A DNA stretch of 64,000 nucleotides from Candidatus Bipolaricaulota bacterium (GCA_018400715.1 JAGYME010000005.1:3620-67619); one strand, 5' to 3'; positions 18,634-29,484 are shown, counted from the first letter of the stretch. A program made the numbers and translations. The notes: generated by a model from the sequence alone, not told the origin.

Positions 18634-19806
18634 CTACTCCCCCAAGCTTCCCCGTATCTTTTCGTAGGTCTCCCGATCCCCCAAGACGTCTACCCCTGTC
18701 ATGCCCAGGGCCTTGGCCGCGGCGATCATTCCTTTATATCCTTCTTCCGAGTCGGCAGCCCGGGCGAACTCCTTCGAGTGAGCGGGTACTCCTTCCTCGA
18801 CGATCTTAACGTAACCGTGTATTGCCGGTACTACCTGGCTCACATCTCCCATATCGGTGGACCCCATTCCTCCCTTCTGCTCTTCAACCTCAACTCCGAC
18901 CGACTCGATATTGTCCCTGAAGTACTCCACGAGCACCGGGTTTGGTTTCATCGGCCTGTAAGCGTGACCCTGTTGACTTACCTCCAAGTCCGCTCCCGCC
19001 GCCAGGGCTCCGGCCTCGGCACATTTCTTCACCTTGCCGATTAGCTCCTCCAGGTAGTCGTTATTTGGCGATCTTACGTAGAAGAGCGCACCGGCGTGTT
19101 CCGGGACTATGTTTGGTTTTTTCCCTCCATCGGTGATGATCCCATGCACCCTGGCGCTATCTTCTATATGTTCGCGCAGGGCGTTTATGTTGTTGAAAGT
19201 CGCTATTGCCGCGTCCAGGGCGTTAACCCCCTTCTCCGGCTCAGAAGACGCGTGGGAGGCCTTGCCGTAGAAGTCCATCTTTATCTCCTTAACGCCGAGA
19301 CTTCCCCGACCAATTAGCGTCTGATCGGCGGGGTGGACCATCATGGCCACGTCAACTTCGTCAAAGACCCCGTTTTCGACGAGTTCAATCTTGCCACCGC
19401 CCCCCTCCTCGGCCGGAGTCCCAATGACGAGCAGGCTACCACCCAACTCCTCCATTAGCGGGCATAGGGCCAAACCAGCACCCAGCCCCGTGGTAGCGAT
19501 GAGGTTGTGACCGCAGGCGTGTCCCAGACCAGGAAGGGCGTCGTACTCGCAGAGGTAGGCTATCGTAGGCCCCTCGTTCCCGTTGGGGCACCTACCAAGG
19601 AAGGCCGTCTCCAGCCCTCCAATTTCCCTCTCGACCTTGAAACCCTTCTCTTCCAATTCCTCCGTCAGCCACTCCACCGCCTTGAACTCTTCAAACTTGA
19701 GTTCCGGGTTGTCGAATATCCTGTGACCGATCTCCCTTAACCGATCCGCCATCCCGTCGACGTTGTCGATAACATCTCGTTTTAGTCCTTCTAGTCCTGC
19801 ACTCAT
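18634..19806 (-). CDS. M20 family amidohydrolase (ACY1L2/AbgB-like)
   Basis: PELKFEE, EYDALPGLGHACGHN, GTPAEEGGGGK, GSTDMGDVS. Confidence 0.92.
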   Translation of the reverse strand: MSAGLEGLKRDVIDNVDGMADRLREIGHRIFDNPELKFEEFKAVEWLTEELEEKGFKVEREIGGLETAFLGRCPNGNEGPTIAYLCEYDALPGLGHACGHNLIATTGLGAGLALCPLMEELGGSLLVIGTPAEEGGGGKIELVENGVFDEVDVAMMVHPADQTLIGRGSLGVKEIKMDFYGKASHASSEPEKGVNALDAAIATFNNINALREHIEDSARVHGIITDGGKKPNIVPEHAGALFYVRSPNNDYLEELIGKVKKCAEAGALAAGADLEVSQQGHAYRPMKPNPVLVEYFRDNIESVGVEVEEQKGGMGSTDMGDVSQVVPAIHGYVKIVEEGVPAHSKEFARAADSEEGYKGMIAAAKALGMTGVDVLGDRETYEKIRGSLGE

Positions 19807-19876
19807 AAGACCTCCCGGGAAGATAAGTAAATTATTATATGATATTTTAGTAGATTGCGAGGCGGATACAACTTGG

Positions 19877-20275
19877 TCGGTTCGCCGTTCGCAGTTCGCA
19901 ATCAGGGCTCCTGGGTGTTGGGTCTTAGGCCATGGGTATTGGGTTATGTGGGTTAGCCTTGATTAGCTTGTAGCTTGTAGTGCGTAGTTTGTAGTTAATT
20001 CACAAAGGGAGTTGGTATTTTAATCATAGATAGCCGCGGGTTTACCCATTAAAGTTTACACATACTGGAGTAACTGGTACCGGATACCTGCTACCTGGTA
20101 CCTTTCTAACGTCGCCAGCCCCCGCTCACCCGACACCCTACATCCTGACCCCTACATCCTACATCCTAAACCCTACATCCTGACCCCCCATTCCCCATTA
20201 CCCATTAACAAATCAACCAATTAACTCTTTAACCCGTTAACCCATTAACTTGGACTTGGACTTCGGACGTTGGAC
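19877..20275 (+). repeat. Modular short-tandem-repeat element, copy D
   Basis: Left half near-identical to copy A; right half (ACACATACTGGAGTAACTGGTACCGGATACC...) near-identical to copy F; ends in (TTGGAC)n block. Confidence 0.9.
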
Positions 20276-20341
20276 AACATAAGAAACCCCGGAGCGGAAG
20301 TACCACCCCGGGGTAATTATCTACTTAAGTTCAGGTTAACT

Positions 20342-21292
20342 TCAGCCGTTTTCCGTTCCCTCTTCGCCTTCCGTCTGGCTTTCCGTCTGTGTAGCGCCGA
20401 CTGACGCCTGGTCCCTTAGCTGAAGAGACTCCAGGTCACCCTGGGCCAAAAGTTCAAGGTACTGGCTATCCGGCGAGAGCAGTATGGTCGTCTTTCCTTC
20501 GGACAGAGAGGTCCGGTAGGAACTCAACTTTCGCCAGAACTCGTAGAACTCCTCGTCCTTGCTGTAGGCATCGGAGTAGATTTCCAGCGACCTGGCGTCT
20601 CCCTCACCGCGGATGGATTCGGCCTCGTTCTCGGCCTCGGCGACGATAACGCTACTCTTTCTGTCTGCGTCGGATTTTACCTCCTGCGCGCGCTCGTCAC
20701 CCTCAGCTCTCAGCAGGGCGGCCCGCCTCTGCCTTTCCGATATCATCCGGTCGTATACCGCCTGCTCGTTCGCTTCTGGCAGGTCAGCCCGTTTAATCTT
20801 GACGTCCATCAGGTTTATGCCGTACTCGTCCAGCTTCTCCGCACTAGTCTCCGTGATCTCCTTCAGCATCGTAATCCTCTCACCAGAGGCTATGAAGCTG
20901 AACTCGTGGCTTGCCAGCACGTCCCTCAGGTTGGAGTAAACAATGTCATCGATCCGCGTCTGTGCGATATCCACTCTCCCACCCATCGACTCCCTGAACT
21001 TTTTTGGCTCCTCGATACGCCAGATGGCGTAGTTGTTGACGAGCAGCCTTCTCTGGTCGGCGGTGATCAGCTTTCGTGGCTGGATATCGTAGTCCAGTAA
21101 ACGCCCCTCCATCATCTGGACGGACTGGATGAACGGAATCTTGAAGTGCAACCCCGCCTCGGTCACGACCTTCTTGATGTTACCGTACTGGACGAGGATC
21201 GCCTGTTTTGTCTCGTCGACCGTGAAGGTGAACAGGTTGAACAAGATTATCAACACTACGACTATTCCGACGAACCAACCGAGCTTTTTCAT
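20342..21292 (-). CDS. hflC: FtsH protease modulator HflC
   Basis: N-terminal TM, GLHFKIPF, DVKIKRADLP, RMISER, Y...Y..D.EFY.F. Confidence 0.94.
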   Translation of the reverse strand: MKKLGWFVGIVVVLIILFNLFTFTVDETKQAILVQYGNIKKVVTEAGLHFKIPFIQSVQMMEGRLLDYDIQPRKLITADQRRLLVNNYAIWRIEEPKKFRESMGGRVDIAQTRIDDIVYSNLRDVLASHEFSFIASGERITMLKEITETSAEKLDEYGINLMDVKIKRADLPEANEQAVYDRMISERQRRAALLRAEGDERAQEVKSDADRKSSVIVAEAENEAESIRGEGDARSLEIYSDAYSKDEEFYEFWRKLSSYRTSLSEGKTTILLSPDSQYLELLAQGDLESLQLRDQASVGATQTESQTEGEEGTENG

Positions 21293-22305
21293 TTGCTATC
21301 ACCGTCCAGTTCGTTCAAGTTAAGCAACTTCAAGATGGACGACCCATCGGTTGATTCCGTCAGAATTACCTTCTCCATTTCCGGGAGGATGTCCTCCATC
21401 GTCTCCATGTACAGGCGCAGTCGTGTAACTTCCTGGCTACCCTGGTTGTATTCCTCAAGCACCTGGAGGAACTTGCTCACTCCACCTTCAGCGGCGTTGA
21501 TCTTTTCTGCCCTGTACGCTTCGGCCTGGTTCAGTATCTGCGCCGCCTCACCTCTGGCCTTGGGAATGACGTCGTTGCTATAGGCCTCCGCCTGGTTGAT
21601 CTTTGTCTGTTTGTCCTCTTTGGCACTGGTAACGTCGTCAAACGCGGGCACGACCGGCTCCGGTGGCTTAGCGTCCTGTATCTTGATCGTCTCGATCTTT
21701 ATACCTGCCTCGTAGTAATCCAACAATTCTTGAAGGTCAGATATGGCGTCGATCGCGATCTCGGTACGCTGGGAGGTCAGTACATCCTCTACCGTCCGCT
21801 GGACTACCTCCTGGCGAATGATCGCCTCTCCCGCTTCCTTGACCAGGACTTCAGGATCGATAATGTTAAAAGCCAAATTTTCGGGGTCCATCACGGTGAA
21901 CTGAATCGCCAGTTCCAGGTGGACGATGTTGTCGTCCCCGGTGAGCATGAGCGCCTCTTCCCTGTCTACCCTGTACCGTGGGTTGGGAGGCGGGGAAATG
22001 GTCTCGTAACCGATCTCTATCTTTCTTACCGTCGTGATGTCCACGTGCTGCACGGACTCAATCGGGGGTGGCATGTGATAGTGCAATCCCGGTCCGGACG
22101 TCTTTATATACTTACCAAAGCGTTTAACCAGGCCGACCTCGGAAGGCCCGACCTGATAGATACCCTGAACCAAGTATATAACTACAATCAAAGCGATTAT
22201 TATCCAGCCGGTTTTGCTACCGAACCGCTTAAGATTGTCCTTCCACATATCCAAATCCGAACTTCTCCTGTTGCCTCTTGGCTCAAAGTCGAAATCTTCC
22301 GGCAT
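21289..22305 (-). CDS. hflK: FtsH protease modulator HflK
   Basis: PGLHYHMPPPIE, MLTGDDNIV, AFDDV, IPKARGEA, RLYMETME. Confidence 0.94.
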   Translation of the reverse strand: MPEDFDFEPRGNRRSSDLDMWKDNLKRFGSKTGWIIIALIVVIYLVQGIYQVGPSEVGLVKRFGKYIKTSGPGLHYHMPPPIESVQHVDITTVRKIEIGYETISPPPNPRYRVDREEALMLTGDDNIVHLELAIQFTVMDPENLAFNIIDPEVLVKEAGEAIIRQEVVQRTVEDVLTSQRTEIAIDAISDLQELLDYYEAGIKIETIKIQDAKPPEPVVPAFDDVTSAKEDKQTKINQAEAYSNDVIPKARGEAAQILNQAEAYRAEKINAAEGGVSKFLQVLEEYNQGSQEVTRLRLYMETMEDILPEMEKVILTESTDGSSILKLLNLNELDGDSK

Positions 22306-22541
22306 AATTCACCCCTCATAACTAAGTATTGAGGAATTAACCCTAAACCGTCTATTAATAAGGATTAAAAGTCAATTTCCTATGATCAGTCAGTTTATCT
22401 CCAAAAACTTCATGCAGGCGTAGGTCATTAATCAGAGATTCCGAACACCTCTATGCCGCGGTCAAGCCGTATATTGCTAAAGTATATGCGATCCGTTAAT
22501 CTTGTACAACTGAATAATGTTTAGTCATCGGGGAGGTTTTT

Positions 22542-23567
22542 TTGCATCTCGGTCGTAAAACTACGACGGTACTTTCCGTAATCGTTGGGTTGGGTATATT
22601 AGGGGGCATACTCTGGTACATCGGTCCAAACAAGGTCCTAAACCAGTTAACTACTCTGGGCTGGGATGGGTTCGGATTCATCATCCTGTCCATTATGGGC
22701 ATGTTTACCTTCTGGACCATAGCCTGGATAGTAATCATGAGGGGTTACGGGGTAGAGGCCCCGATTAGCCTAAGCTTATGGGCAAGGATCGGCAGCTTTG
22801 CCGTAAGTTACCTGACACCCTCGATGCACTTTGGGGGCGAACCAGTGCGGGCCCTCGTGATAGAGAGAGAAAGTGATTCCTCCTACAGCAGGATTTTTGC
22901 CACGATAGTTGCCGAGAGGATATCGATGATGACGGCCCTCGTGGCCGCGATACTCATCGGGGCTTTGTTCGGCCTATTTAGCAAGATACCCAAGGATACC
23001 CTTATCTACTTGATCCTCGTATCCCTGCTCTTTGTCGGCCTGCTCATCCTCCTGATAATGAACTTCTACAAGAAACTCTTTCTCTTTACTCGGTTCATCG
23101 CCTGGTTAAAGAGGCTGTTACCCTGGACTGATCTGATCGGCAAGGCGGAGTCAATCGTGAGGCACCTGGAGCGGGAAATAAACATGGCGTTTGGTCAGCA
23201 CATCAGGCACACGTTCATCGCCTTTCTCTTCGATTTGGTAGCGACGGTGTTCATGCTCCTCAGACCGCAAATATACTTTTACTTCACCCAGGGAAGGATC
23301 TTCTCCATAATCGAGTTGACGATGCTGTTCGCCTTGATTTCGATTCTGTCTTCTCTTTTCTGGGTAACTCCGGGAGGAATCGGCATCTCGGAAGGAGGGT
23401 TGATTGGAATCTTTGCCCTGTTCGGGATCAACGGAAGCGAGGCCGTCGCCTATTCCTTCTCGGTAAAGGTCGTCGAGTTCTTTTTCGTCGGCTTAGGCCT
23501 GGCGCTCCTGGCAAGATACGGGATAATGAACCTACTATTCCAGAGAAAAGAGGAACCTGAAAGCTGA
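22542..23567 (+). CDS. Lysylphosphatidylglycerol-synthase TM-domain / UPF0104 flippase-like membrane protein
   Basis: Multi-TM; LTPSMHFGGEPVRA, AER, TPGGIGISE motifs. Confidence 0.85.
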   Translation: MHLGRKTTTVLSVIVGLGILGGILWYIGPNKVLNQLTTLGWDGFGFIILSIMGMFTFWTIAWIVIMRGYGVEAPISLSLWARIGSFAVSYLTPSMHFGGEPVRALVIERESDSSYSRIFATIVAERISMMTALVAAILIGALFGLFSKIPKDTLIYLILVSLLFVGLLILLIMNFYKKLFLFTRFIAWLKRLLPWTDLIGKAESIVRHLEREINMAFGQHIRHTFIAFLFDLVATVFMLLRPQIYFYFTQGRIFSIIELTMLFALISILSSLFWVTPGGIGISEGGLIGIFALFGINGSEAVAYSFSVKVVEFFFVGLGLALLARYGIMNLLFQRKEEPES

Positions 23568-23639
23568 CGGTAGACTTCCCCGAGCGTTACCCGGACCCAC
23601 GGGTCCATGGAGCCCATGAAAGATCTGAGCAGATGGTCG

Positions 23640-24560
23640 ATGAAAAGATTTTCGGGTGAGGTCGTACGCGCTTCCACCTTCCTCCTGGTAATTGCCGGAT
23701 TGGTATTGTCATTCATGCCACCGGTTTCCGCCGAAAACTCCCTTTCGTTTACCTATGACAACGGCGACTTATTTGGTGGCCTTGAACTAGGCAATTTCGG
23801 GCTGGGTGGTTCCAGGTTTGGAGACGATTCCTTTGGCCTGGCGCTCTCCGTAAAGGACGTAGAACTCGGGCTGGACAAATGGAAGATACGTCCGTTCGTC
23901 CTTGGCGAGTACTCGATTTCGGAAGGGTTCAGGCCGAAAAATACGTTTGGCGGAGTCAACCTCCAATACTTCGACTATCAGATAGGTGGCTACCTCATCT
24001 CCTTCGACTCAACTCTCTGGGCCAACTTAACCAGCTACAAGGTCCTCGGGAATGGTTCCTACTCGATCGGGAATATTGACCTGAGTCTCAGTTTCGGATC
24101 CGGGTTGGTGACTACATCATACAGCCCGGGGTGGTATCCTCGAGTGGATCCGTCCAACTGGCAGGAGCTCTTAAGCAGTAGCTATCTCGGCGCCGCCCGT
24201 TCTTTATCCGACCACTTCCTCCTGTCCGGAGGCAAGAAGCTCTTTCCCGGGGAAATTGGGATAAAGTGGTCTCAAGGGGTCCTGTTCGATCCCGGGGAGA
24301 CAATTGGCCCTCTCGGGTTTGTGGAAGAGTTAAGCTGGAAGGGCAACCGGTTATCCGCTATCATCAAAAACCTCCAGTTGGAAAAACTGCTCGTTCATAT
24401 TCGGATCGAGTCACTGGGTGCCGGATTCATCAGTAGCTTTGATGAACCAGTTCGCTATGGGTTAATGCTGGACTACGACTCCGACGTCTACTTCGGGCTG
24501 GAGGTAACCACTCCAGCTGAGGAGTTCGAGCCGAGTTTAAGCTTTCTCGCAAGGTGGTAA
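23640..24560 (+). CDS. Secreted hypothetical protein, possibly outer-membrane beta-barrel
   Basis: Signal peptide ending VSA; Gly/aromatic-rich amphipathic strands; C-terminus LSFLARW; start could be 23607/23616. Confidence 0.55.
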   Translation: MKRFSGEVVRASTFLLVIAGLVLSFMPPVSAENSLSFTYDNGDLFGGLELGNFGLGGSRFGDDSFGLALSVKDVELGLDKWKIRPFVLGEYSISEGFRPKNTFGGVNLQYFDYQIGGYLISFDSTLWANLTSYKVLGNGSYSIGNIDLSLSFGSGLVTTSYSPGWYPRVDPSNWQELLSSSYLGAARSLSDHFLLSGGKKLFPGEIGIKWSQGVLFDPGETIGPLGFVEELSWKGNRLSAIIKNLQLEKLLVHIRIESLGAGFISSFDEPVRYGLMLDYDSDVYFGLEVTTPAEEFEPSLSFLARW

Positions 24561-24567
24561 AGGAAAA

Positions 24568-25752
24568 ATGGACAACGAACCCGACCTATTGGTCGTAGGT
24601 GGCGGGCCCGCGGGAGCGATTACCGCGCGCTGCGCTGCGGAAAAAGGTGCAGACACCCTGTTGATAGACAAGAAGGAGGACCCCTCCCGGTCGTCCCTCT
24701 GTGGCGGCCTGGTAAGCGTAGACACGTGGCAAAAATTGGGCTCTCCGGAATCGGCATTTCTCGGGAAAATCAACGGCGCAATCATCCATACGCCGGACGA
24801 TACCTCCTACACTCTCTCCGCTACGGACCCCAGAGCGATAGTCCTGGACCGGAACCGGCTGAACCAGGTCCTGCTCCACAGGGCTGAAGAGAAGGGAGTC
24901 AGGGTTAAATCGGGGCTCAACCTGATTGATCTAGACGGAGAAGGGGTCCAGCTCAAGGACCTGAAGACCGAGAAGATCTTTCCCGCACACCCAAAGTTCT
25001 CCGTCGGTGCAGACGGCCCCGCCAGCGACGTCCGGAGGTTAATAGGGGGAGATGATCCACCGGGGAGACTGTACGCAATTCAGGCGGATGCCAGAAGCGA
25101 CCGATTCCACGAAGATTTAGTAGAAGTTTACTTCGGAAGCGACGTGGCTCCGGGCTTCTTCGCGTGGGTCATTCCCACCGCCGCCGACCGAGCCAGAGTG
25201 GGGCTGGCCACCGAAGAGGGAAGTCGGCTGACGGAATTTCTCGCTAACCTCATGGATAAGGTAGGCCCCGAAGATACCTGGAACGAGAGGACCGGAACCA
25301 TTCCGATCGGCGTACCCGGAGGTTCTCCGAGGGAAGACGTCCTGCTCGTGGGTGACGCTGCCGGTCAGGTCAAACCCACGACGGGAGGCGGACTCTACCC
25401 GATTACTTTTACTGCCGAGATAGCTGGAGATGCCGTTGCCAAGGGGCTGAATGGCCTGAACAATCCGAACGCCTACTACAGAGAAGAGTGGATGAGGGCA
25501 GTTGGTAGGCGGTTGGAAAAGGAAATCCTCTTACATAAAGTATTAGGCAGGCTCTCCGATGAGGACCTGAACTCGATCCTGGAACTACTGGACGAACCTA
25601 AGGTCGCGGAGCTCCTCATTGAACGCGGGGATACCGATCACCTGTACTCCCTAGCAAAGGACCTACTAAAGACCCCCAGCGTCCTAACCAGCCTGCTGAG
25701 GGCGCTACCGACGAGACTTGGATGGAAGCTCCGCCAGGAAATTGCCGGTTAA
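24568..25752 (+). CDS. Geranylgeranyl reductase family FAD-dependent oxidoreductase
   Basis: VVGGGPAG, CGGLVS, GADG, APGFFAWVIP, LVGDAAGQVKPTTGGG. Confidence 0.88.
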   Translation: MDNEPDLLVVGGGPAGAITARCAAEKGADTLLIDKKEDPSRSSLCGGLVSVDTWQKLGSPESAFLGKINGAIIHTPDDTSYTLSATDPRAIVLDRNRLNQVLLHRAEEKGVRVKSGLNLIDLDGEGVQLKDLKTEKIFPAHPKFSVGADGPASDVRRLIGGDDPPGRLYAIQADARSDRFHEDLVEVYFGSDVAPGFFAWVIPTAADRARVGLATEEGSRLTEFLANLMDKVGPEDTWNERTGTIPIGVPGGSPREDVLLVGDAAGQVKPTTGGGLYPITFTAEIAGDAVAKGLNGLNNPNAYYREEWMRAVGRRLEKEILLHKVLGRLSDEDLNSILELLDEPKVAELLIERGDTDHLYSLAKDLLKTPSVLTSLLRALPTRLGWKLRQEIAG

Positions 25753-25791
25753 CCCTTTTAATTTTTTAACCTTAAATCGGCTACGGATAAT

Positions 25792-26238
25792 CTAGAAGGG
25801 TATATCCTCGTCGTCATCTGCTGCCTCTGGCTTGCCGGTCGGCTTTCCTGGAGTTCCTTTTGAACTTCCCTGTGAGCTTCCTCCCTGTCCTTCCCCCTGA
25901 TTTCTCCCGGTTCCAAGGAACTGAACGTTTCGCGCGACGACGCTCGTCCACTTGCGCTTGTTACCGTCGTCGTCCTCGTAGTTCGAAATCCTTAATCTAC
26001 CGGTTACGGCTACGGGACGGCCCTTGCTGAGATACGTCGCACAGTTCTCTGCAGTGTTCCTCCAGGTAGTAATCGGGACGAAGGTCGTCTCCTCCTGAAG
26101 TTCGTCGTTTCTGTCCCTCCACTGCCTGTTCACGGCAACGGTGAAAGTCGTCCGGGCAACGCCAGACTGGGTATACTGAAGTTCGGGATCGCCAGTTAAG
26201 TTACCAATAAGAACAACTTGATTAAGACTTGCTGCCAT
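25792..26238 (-). CDS. ssb: Single-stranded DNA-binding protein
   Basis: LNQVVLIGNLTGDPEL, VAVNR, C-terminal DEDIPF. Confidence 0.97.
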   Translation of the reverse strand: MAASLNQVVLIGNLTGDPELQYTQSGVARTTFTVAVNRQWRDRNDELQEETTFVPITTWRNTAENCATYLSKGRPVAVTGRLRISNYEDDDGNKRKWTSVVARNVQFLGTGRNQGEGQGGSSQGSSKGTPGKPTGKPEAADDDEDIPF

Positions 26239-26348
26239 AGTACTTCACCTCTATTGAATTCGAAGGAAATGATACCCTCGAAGACGCTTAGCCTCAAGTA
26301 AGTAGTTTATCTAACCTCTCACTTTGGGCTACTATACCGGGATATCGG

Positions 26349-26576
26349 TTATACGGCGACTACTTCCTCGATCTCGGGTATCTTTGATTCCAGCACCTTC
26401 TCGACGCCCTGCTTGAGGGTCATCGTTGACAGCGGACAGCCAACGCAGGCACCAACCAGCTGGACCTTAACTACGTTGTCCTCTGTAATCTCACTTAGCA
26501 GTACGTTACCGCCATCTGCCTGTATGGACGGCCTTATCTCATCTAGAGCTTTTTCAACTTCTTCTTCAGAGATCAT
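26349..26576 (-). CDS. NifU C-terminal domain (Nfu) Fe-S carrier
   Basis: IRPSIQADGGN, GACVGCP.S..TLK.G. Confidence 0.93.
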   Translation of the reverse strand: MISEEEVEKALDEIRPSIQADGGNVLLSEITEDNVVKVQLVGACVGCPLSTMTLKQGVEKVLESKIPEIEEVVAV

Positions 26577-26720
26577 GTTTACTCACCTTTCCTCTTTTAA
26601 AGTGGACTATTTTACTCCAGTTTCGGGTAAAATCTTAGCACAACCACGTCCCGAACACAACCGGGGGAATTAATAGACAAAAATATGCTATATAGTCACT
26701 GGCGAGAAATCAAGCGCGCA

Positions 26721-27003
26721 TCAGTTCGCAATTCGAAACACCAGTCCAAGGTCCAAAGTCCAAGGTCCAAAGTCATTCACAAACTACGTTTATTCTGTTT
26801 TTACATCTTGCCTCTGGAACAGAGTTTTACCAGTGGCGCCATGAAAGTGCTAAGAGTTAACACCGATAATCCCTAATCTATTAATTTTAGATCTTGATTC
26901 CAAAAAAACTGGTGCCTGACACCTGGTACTTCTTCACCCAATTAACCAATTAACCAATTAACTCTTTAACCCGTCAACTCATTAACCCCCGACCCGTTAC
27001 CCA
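26721..27003 (+). repeat. Modular short-tandem-repeat element, copy E
   Basis: CAGTTCG-CAATTCG, (GTCCAAR)4, ~130-nt unique core, CTGGTGC-CTGACAC-CTGGTAC, (CCAATTAA)3-CTCTTTAA-CCCGTCAA. Confidence 0.85.
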
Positions 27004-27004
27004 A

Positions 27005-28192
27005 TCATCGCGACAAAGTCGGCCTCGCCTTCGCCCCATCGCTCGCCTGAACGACAAAACTCCGGGGCGTGACGTCAAATTCCTCCTCGAAGGCGCGCGT
27101 CGCACCATCGACGTACTCGTCCAGCTGCTCCTCGGGTACAAGATGTATCGTCGAGCCACCAAACCCGCCGCCCGTCATTCTCGCCCCCGGGATGGGGAAA
27201 TTTAGGGCAAAGTCAACCAAGAAGTCGAGTTCGGGGGCACTGACTTTGTACCTGTCCCGTAAGCTATCATGAGAGGCGTAGAATAGTTTGCCCACCTCTT
27301 CCGTCTCCCCTATCGAGAGAAAGTCGGCCGCGTCGACCACGCGCTCGTTCTCCGTAACGACGTGGTAAGTGCGGTCGTACAGGGTCCCCGGCAATACCTT
27401 CTCAAGATCCTCCAGCTGGTATACCTTTAACCCGCTGAGGGAATCCAGATGCCCGGGACCAAATTCCGCGTTAATCATTTCCAGAGCCTCTTCGCATTCC
27501 TCCCTGCGCTTGTTGTACTGATTGGCACCATGAGTATGAGAAACGGTGGTATCTATCACTACAAGGACGTGGTTCCCGATGTTAAGGTCTACGGCCTGAT
27601 AGTTTAACGAACTCGTATTTAACAATAGCGCTGTACCGCCGCGACCGAAGTAGGATATGTATTGATCCATGATCCCCGTACTCGCGCCGACGAAGTCGTT
27701 CTCCGCCTTCCTGCAGGAGTTAATTACTTCGAAATCGTCAAGTTCCAGGCCGAAGACGTCCGTGAGGGCTCCCATGACCCCGACCTCCAGGGCAGCAGAG
27801 CTGGACAGTCCTCCACCAACGGGCACTTCGGAGTCGACCAACAGGTCGAAACCGTCGAGCTCAGCACCCTTACGGTCCAGTTCAACGAGAAGCCCCTGCA
27901 CGTAGTCGGTCCACTTGTCCTGGCGGTCGTGAAGCTTCCCCAACTCAATTAATCCGGACTCGTCCAGGTTCGTCGAATAGAGGCGGACGGAGTCCTCGCC
28001 GGTCGTTCTAATACAGACGCGGGTATCGAGGTCGATGGCTATCGGCAAGACCAACCCCCCGTTGTAGTCGGTATGCTCCCCGATCAGGTTAACCCGGCCG
28101 GGGGCACGATAGACCTCCGGCTGAGGACTGGACCCGAATACCTCGTGGAAGATCTCTCTCAGCGGGTCTATTGTCCCGTTACTCAAGTCCAT
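27005..28192 (-). CDS. galK: Galactokinase
   Basis: APGRVNLIGEHTDYN, GGGLSSSAALE, GIMDQ, GARMTGGGFGG. Confidence 0.96.
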   Translation of the reverse strand: MDLSNGTIDPLREIFHEVFGSSPQPEVYRAPGRVNLIGEHTDYNGGLVLPIAIDLDTRVCIRTTGEDSVRLYSTNLDESGLIELGKLHDRQDKWTDYVQGLLVELDRKGAELDGFDLLVDSEVPVGGGLSSSAALEVGVMGALTDVFGLELDDFEVINSCRKAENDFVGASTGIMDQYISYFGRGGTALLLNTSSLNYQAVDLNIGNHVLVVIDTTVSHTHGANQYNKRREECEEALEMINAEFGPGHLDSLSGLKVYQLEDLEKVLPGTLYDRTYHVVTENERVVDAADFLSIGETEEVGKLFYASHDSLRDRYKVSAPELDFLVDFALNFPIPGARMTGGGFGGSTIHLVPEEQLDEYVDGATRAFEEEFDVTPRSFVVQASDGAKARPTLSR

Positions 28193-29141
28193 CGGCCTCC
28201 CGGAGGTCCCTGGCCATCTTTTCCGGTGATATCGAAGAGATAAACGTCCCTGCCCCCGTCTCTACGCCCGCCCGGTACTTAATCTTGTCCGCGGCTCGCT
28301 GTAATGAGTAGAACTCCAGGTGGAAGTGGAAGTATGGATAGTCGTCGCCGTCAACCGGGGCCTGATGGAAGGTCATCATGTAGGGAAACTCCTCGACCGG
28401 AAAGAGGCCTTCGTAGGAGGTGAGGACCGACTTGATCCCCGCCGCCAGTGACGGTATCTCTTCCCGATTCATGCCCAGGATGTCTGGATAGTGGCGTTTA
28501 GGATAGAGGTGGACCTCGTAAGGGAGATGGGCAAAGAAGGGAACGAACGCGACAAAGTGCTCGTCCTCCCAGATCACCCGTGTAGCAAGGTTTCGCTCCT
28601 TCTCCATTATCCGACAGTAAAGACAGGTCCCGGCCCGTTCCAAATGGCTTTCGGCGCTGTCCAGGGCCCGTTGAGCTCGAGGTGGAACAAAGGGAAAGGC
28701 GTAAAGTTGACCATGGGGGTGGTAGAGGGTAACCCCGATTTCCTCTCCCCTGTTTTCAAATATGTAAATATAGTCAACGAAGTCCTCCTGAGACAGGTCC
28801 GTAAACCTATCCCGCCAGACTGAGATCAGGTCCTCGAACCTGGTCTGACCGATGTCCGCGGGTTGGACGTCGTGGTCCGAGGTGTAGAGGAGGACCTCAC
28901 ACACGCCCTTGTTCGGCCTAACCCGGTAAAAGGAGTCACCTTCTAGGTTAGGCCTTCCCGGATCCCGCCTGAGGGCGGGAAACCTGTTCTCGAAGGAAAC
29001 TATGTAGTAATCCTCCTGGGGGACCTCCAGGACCTCAGGACATAGAGGACAGCTATCTTCCGGCAAGACGGGCCTGTCCTGCCGCTCGTCCGATACGATA
29101 TTCCACCTTTCCAGTATTGGATTCCATCTCAATTCAGCCAT
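28179..29141 (-). CDS. galT: Galactose-1-phosphate uridylyltransferase
   Basis: ELRWNP, CPLCP, FENRG, HPHGQ active site. Confidence 0.95.
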   Translation of the reverse strand: MAELRWNPILERWNIVSDERQDRPVLPEDSCPLCPEVLEVPQEDYYIVSFENRFPALRRDPGRPNLEGDSFYRVRPNKGVCEVLLYTSDHDVQPADIGQTRFEDLISVWRDRFTDLSQEDFVDYIYIFENRGEEIGVTLYHPHGQLYAFPFVPPRAQRALDSAESHLERAGTCLYCRIMEKERNLATRVIWEDEHFVAFVPFFAHLPYEVHLYPKRHYPDILGMNREEIPSLAAGIKSVLTSYEGLFPVEEFPYMMTFHQAPVDGDDYPYFHFHLEFYSLQRAADKIKYRAGVETGAGTFISSISPEKMARDLREADGLE

Positions 29142-29484
29142 CAGTTAGCTCTCGCCTCCATCCTCTTGGGGTGAATAATAATAGATGTATCTACCGTCGT
29201 CCTTGCGTTTCTTTTCAACCGTGAGCCTATTTACCTGATAAACCTTCAACCTTCGTTCCATTGAGCACACCTCGTGGTACACTTTTTCGCCTTACCCCTG
29301 ATCTTACAGGGGGTTACAAACAAGATTATATGGTCAAGCCGCTCCGTAAAAAAGATTACGATCACGAAGCAACTTTATTAGCTGGAATATGTATGATATC
29401 ATCTTCGACGGTTACTGGAAATCGTAAGCTCCAGAGACCGCGAGTGGCAAGATTACCACTAACGAGACAAATGGAGGTAATAAA

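Noticed and set aside
19877-20275. Repeat elements as classical MITEs with terminal inverted repeats
   Set aside because: Left G/T and right C/A arms are partly complementary, but the blocks are in parallel rather than nested order, and I saw no clean TIRs or target-site duplications.
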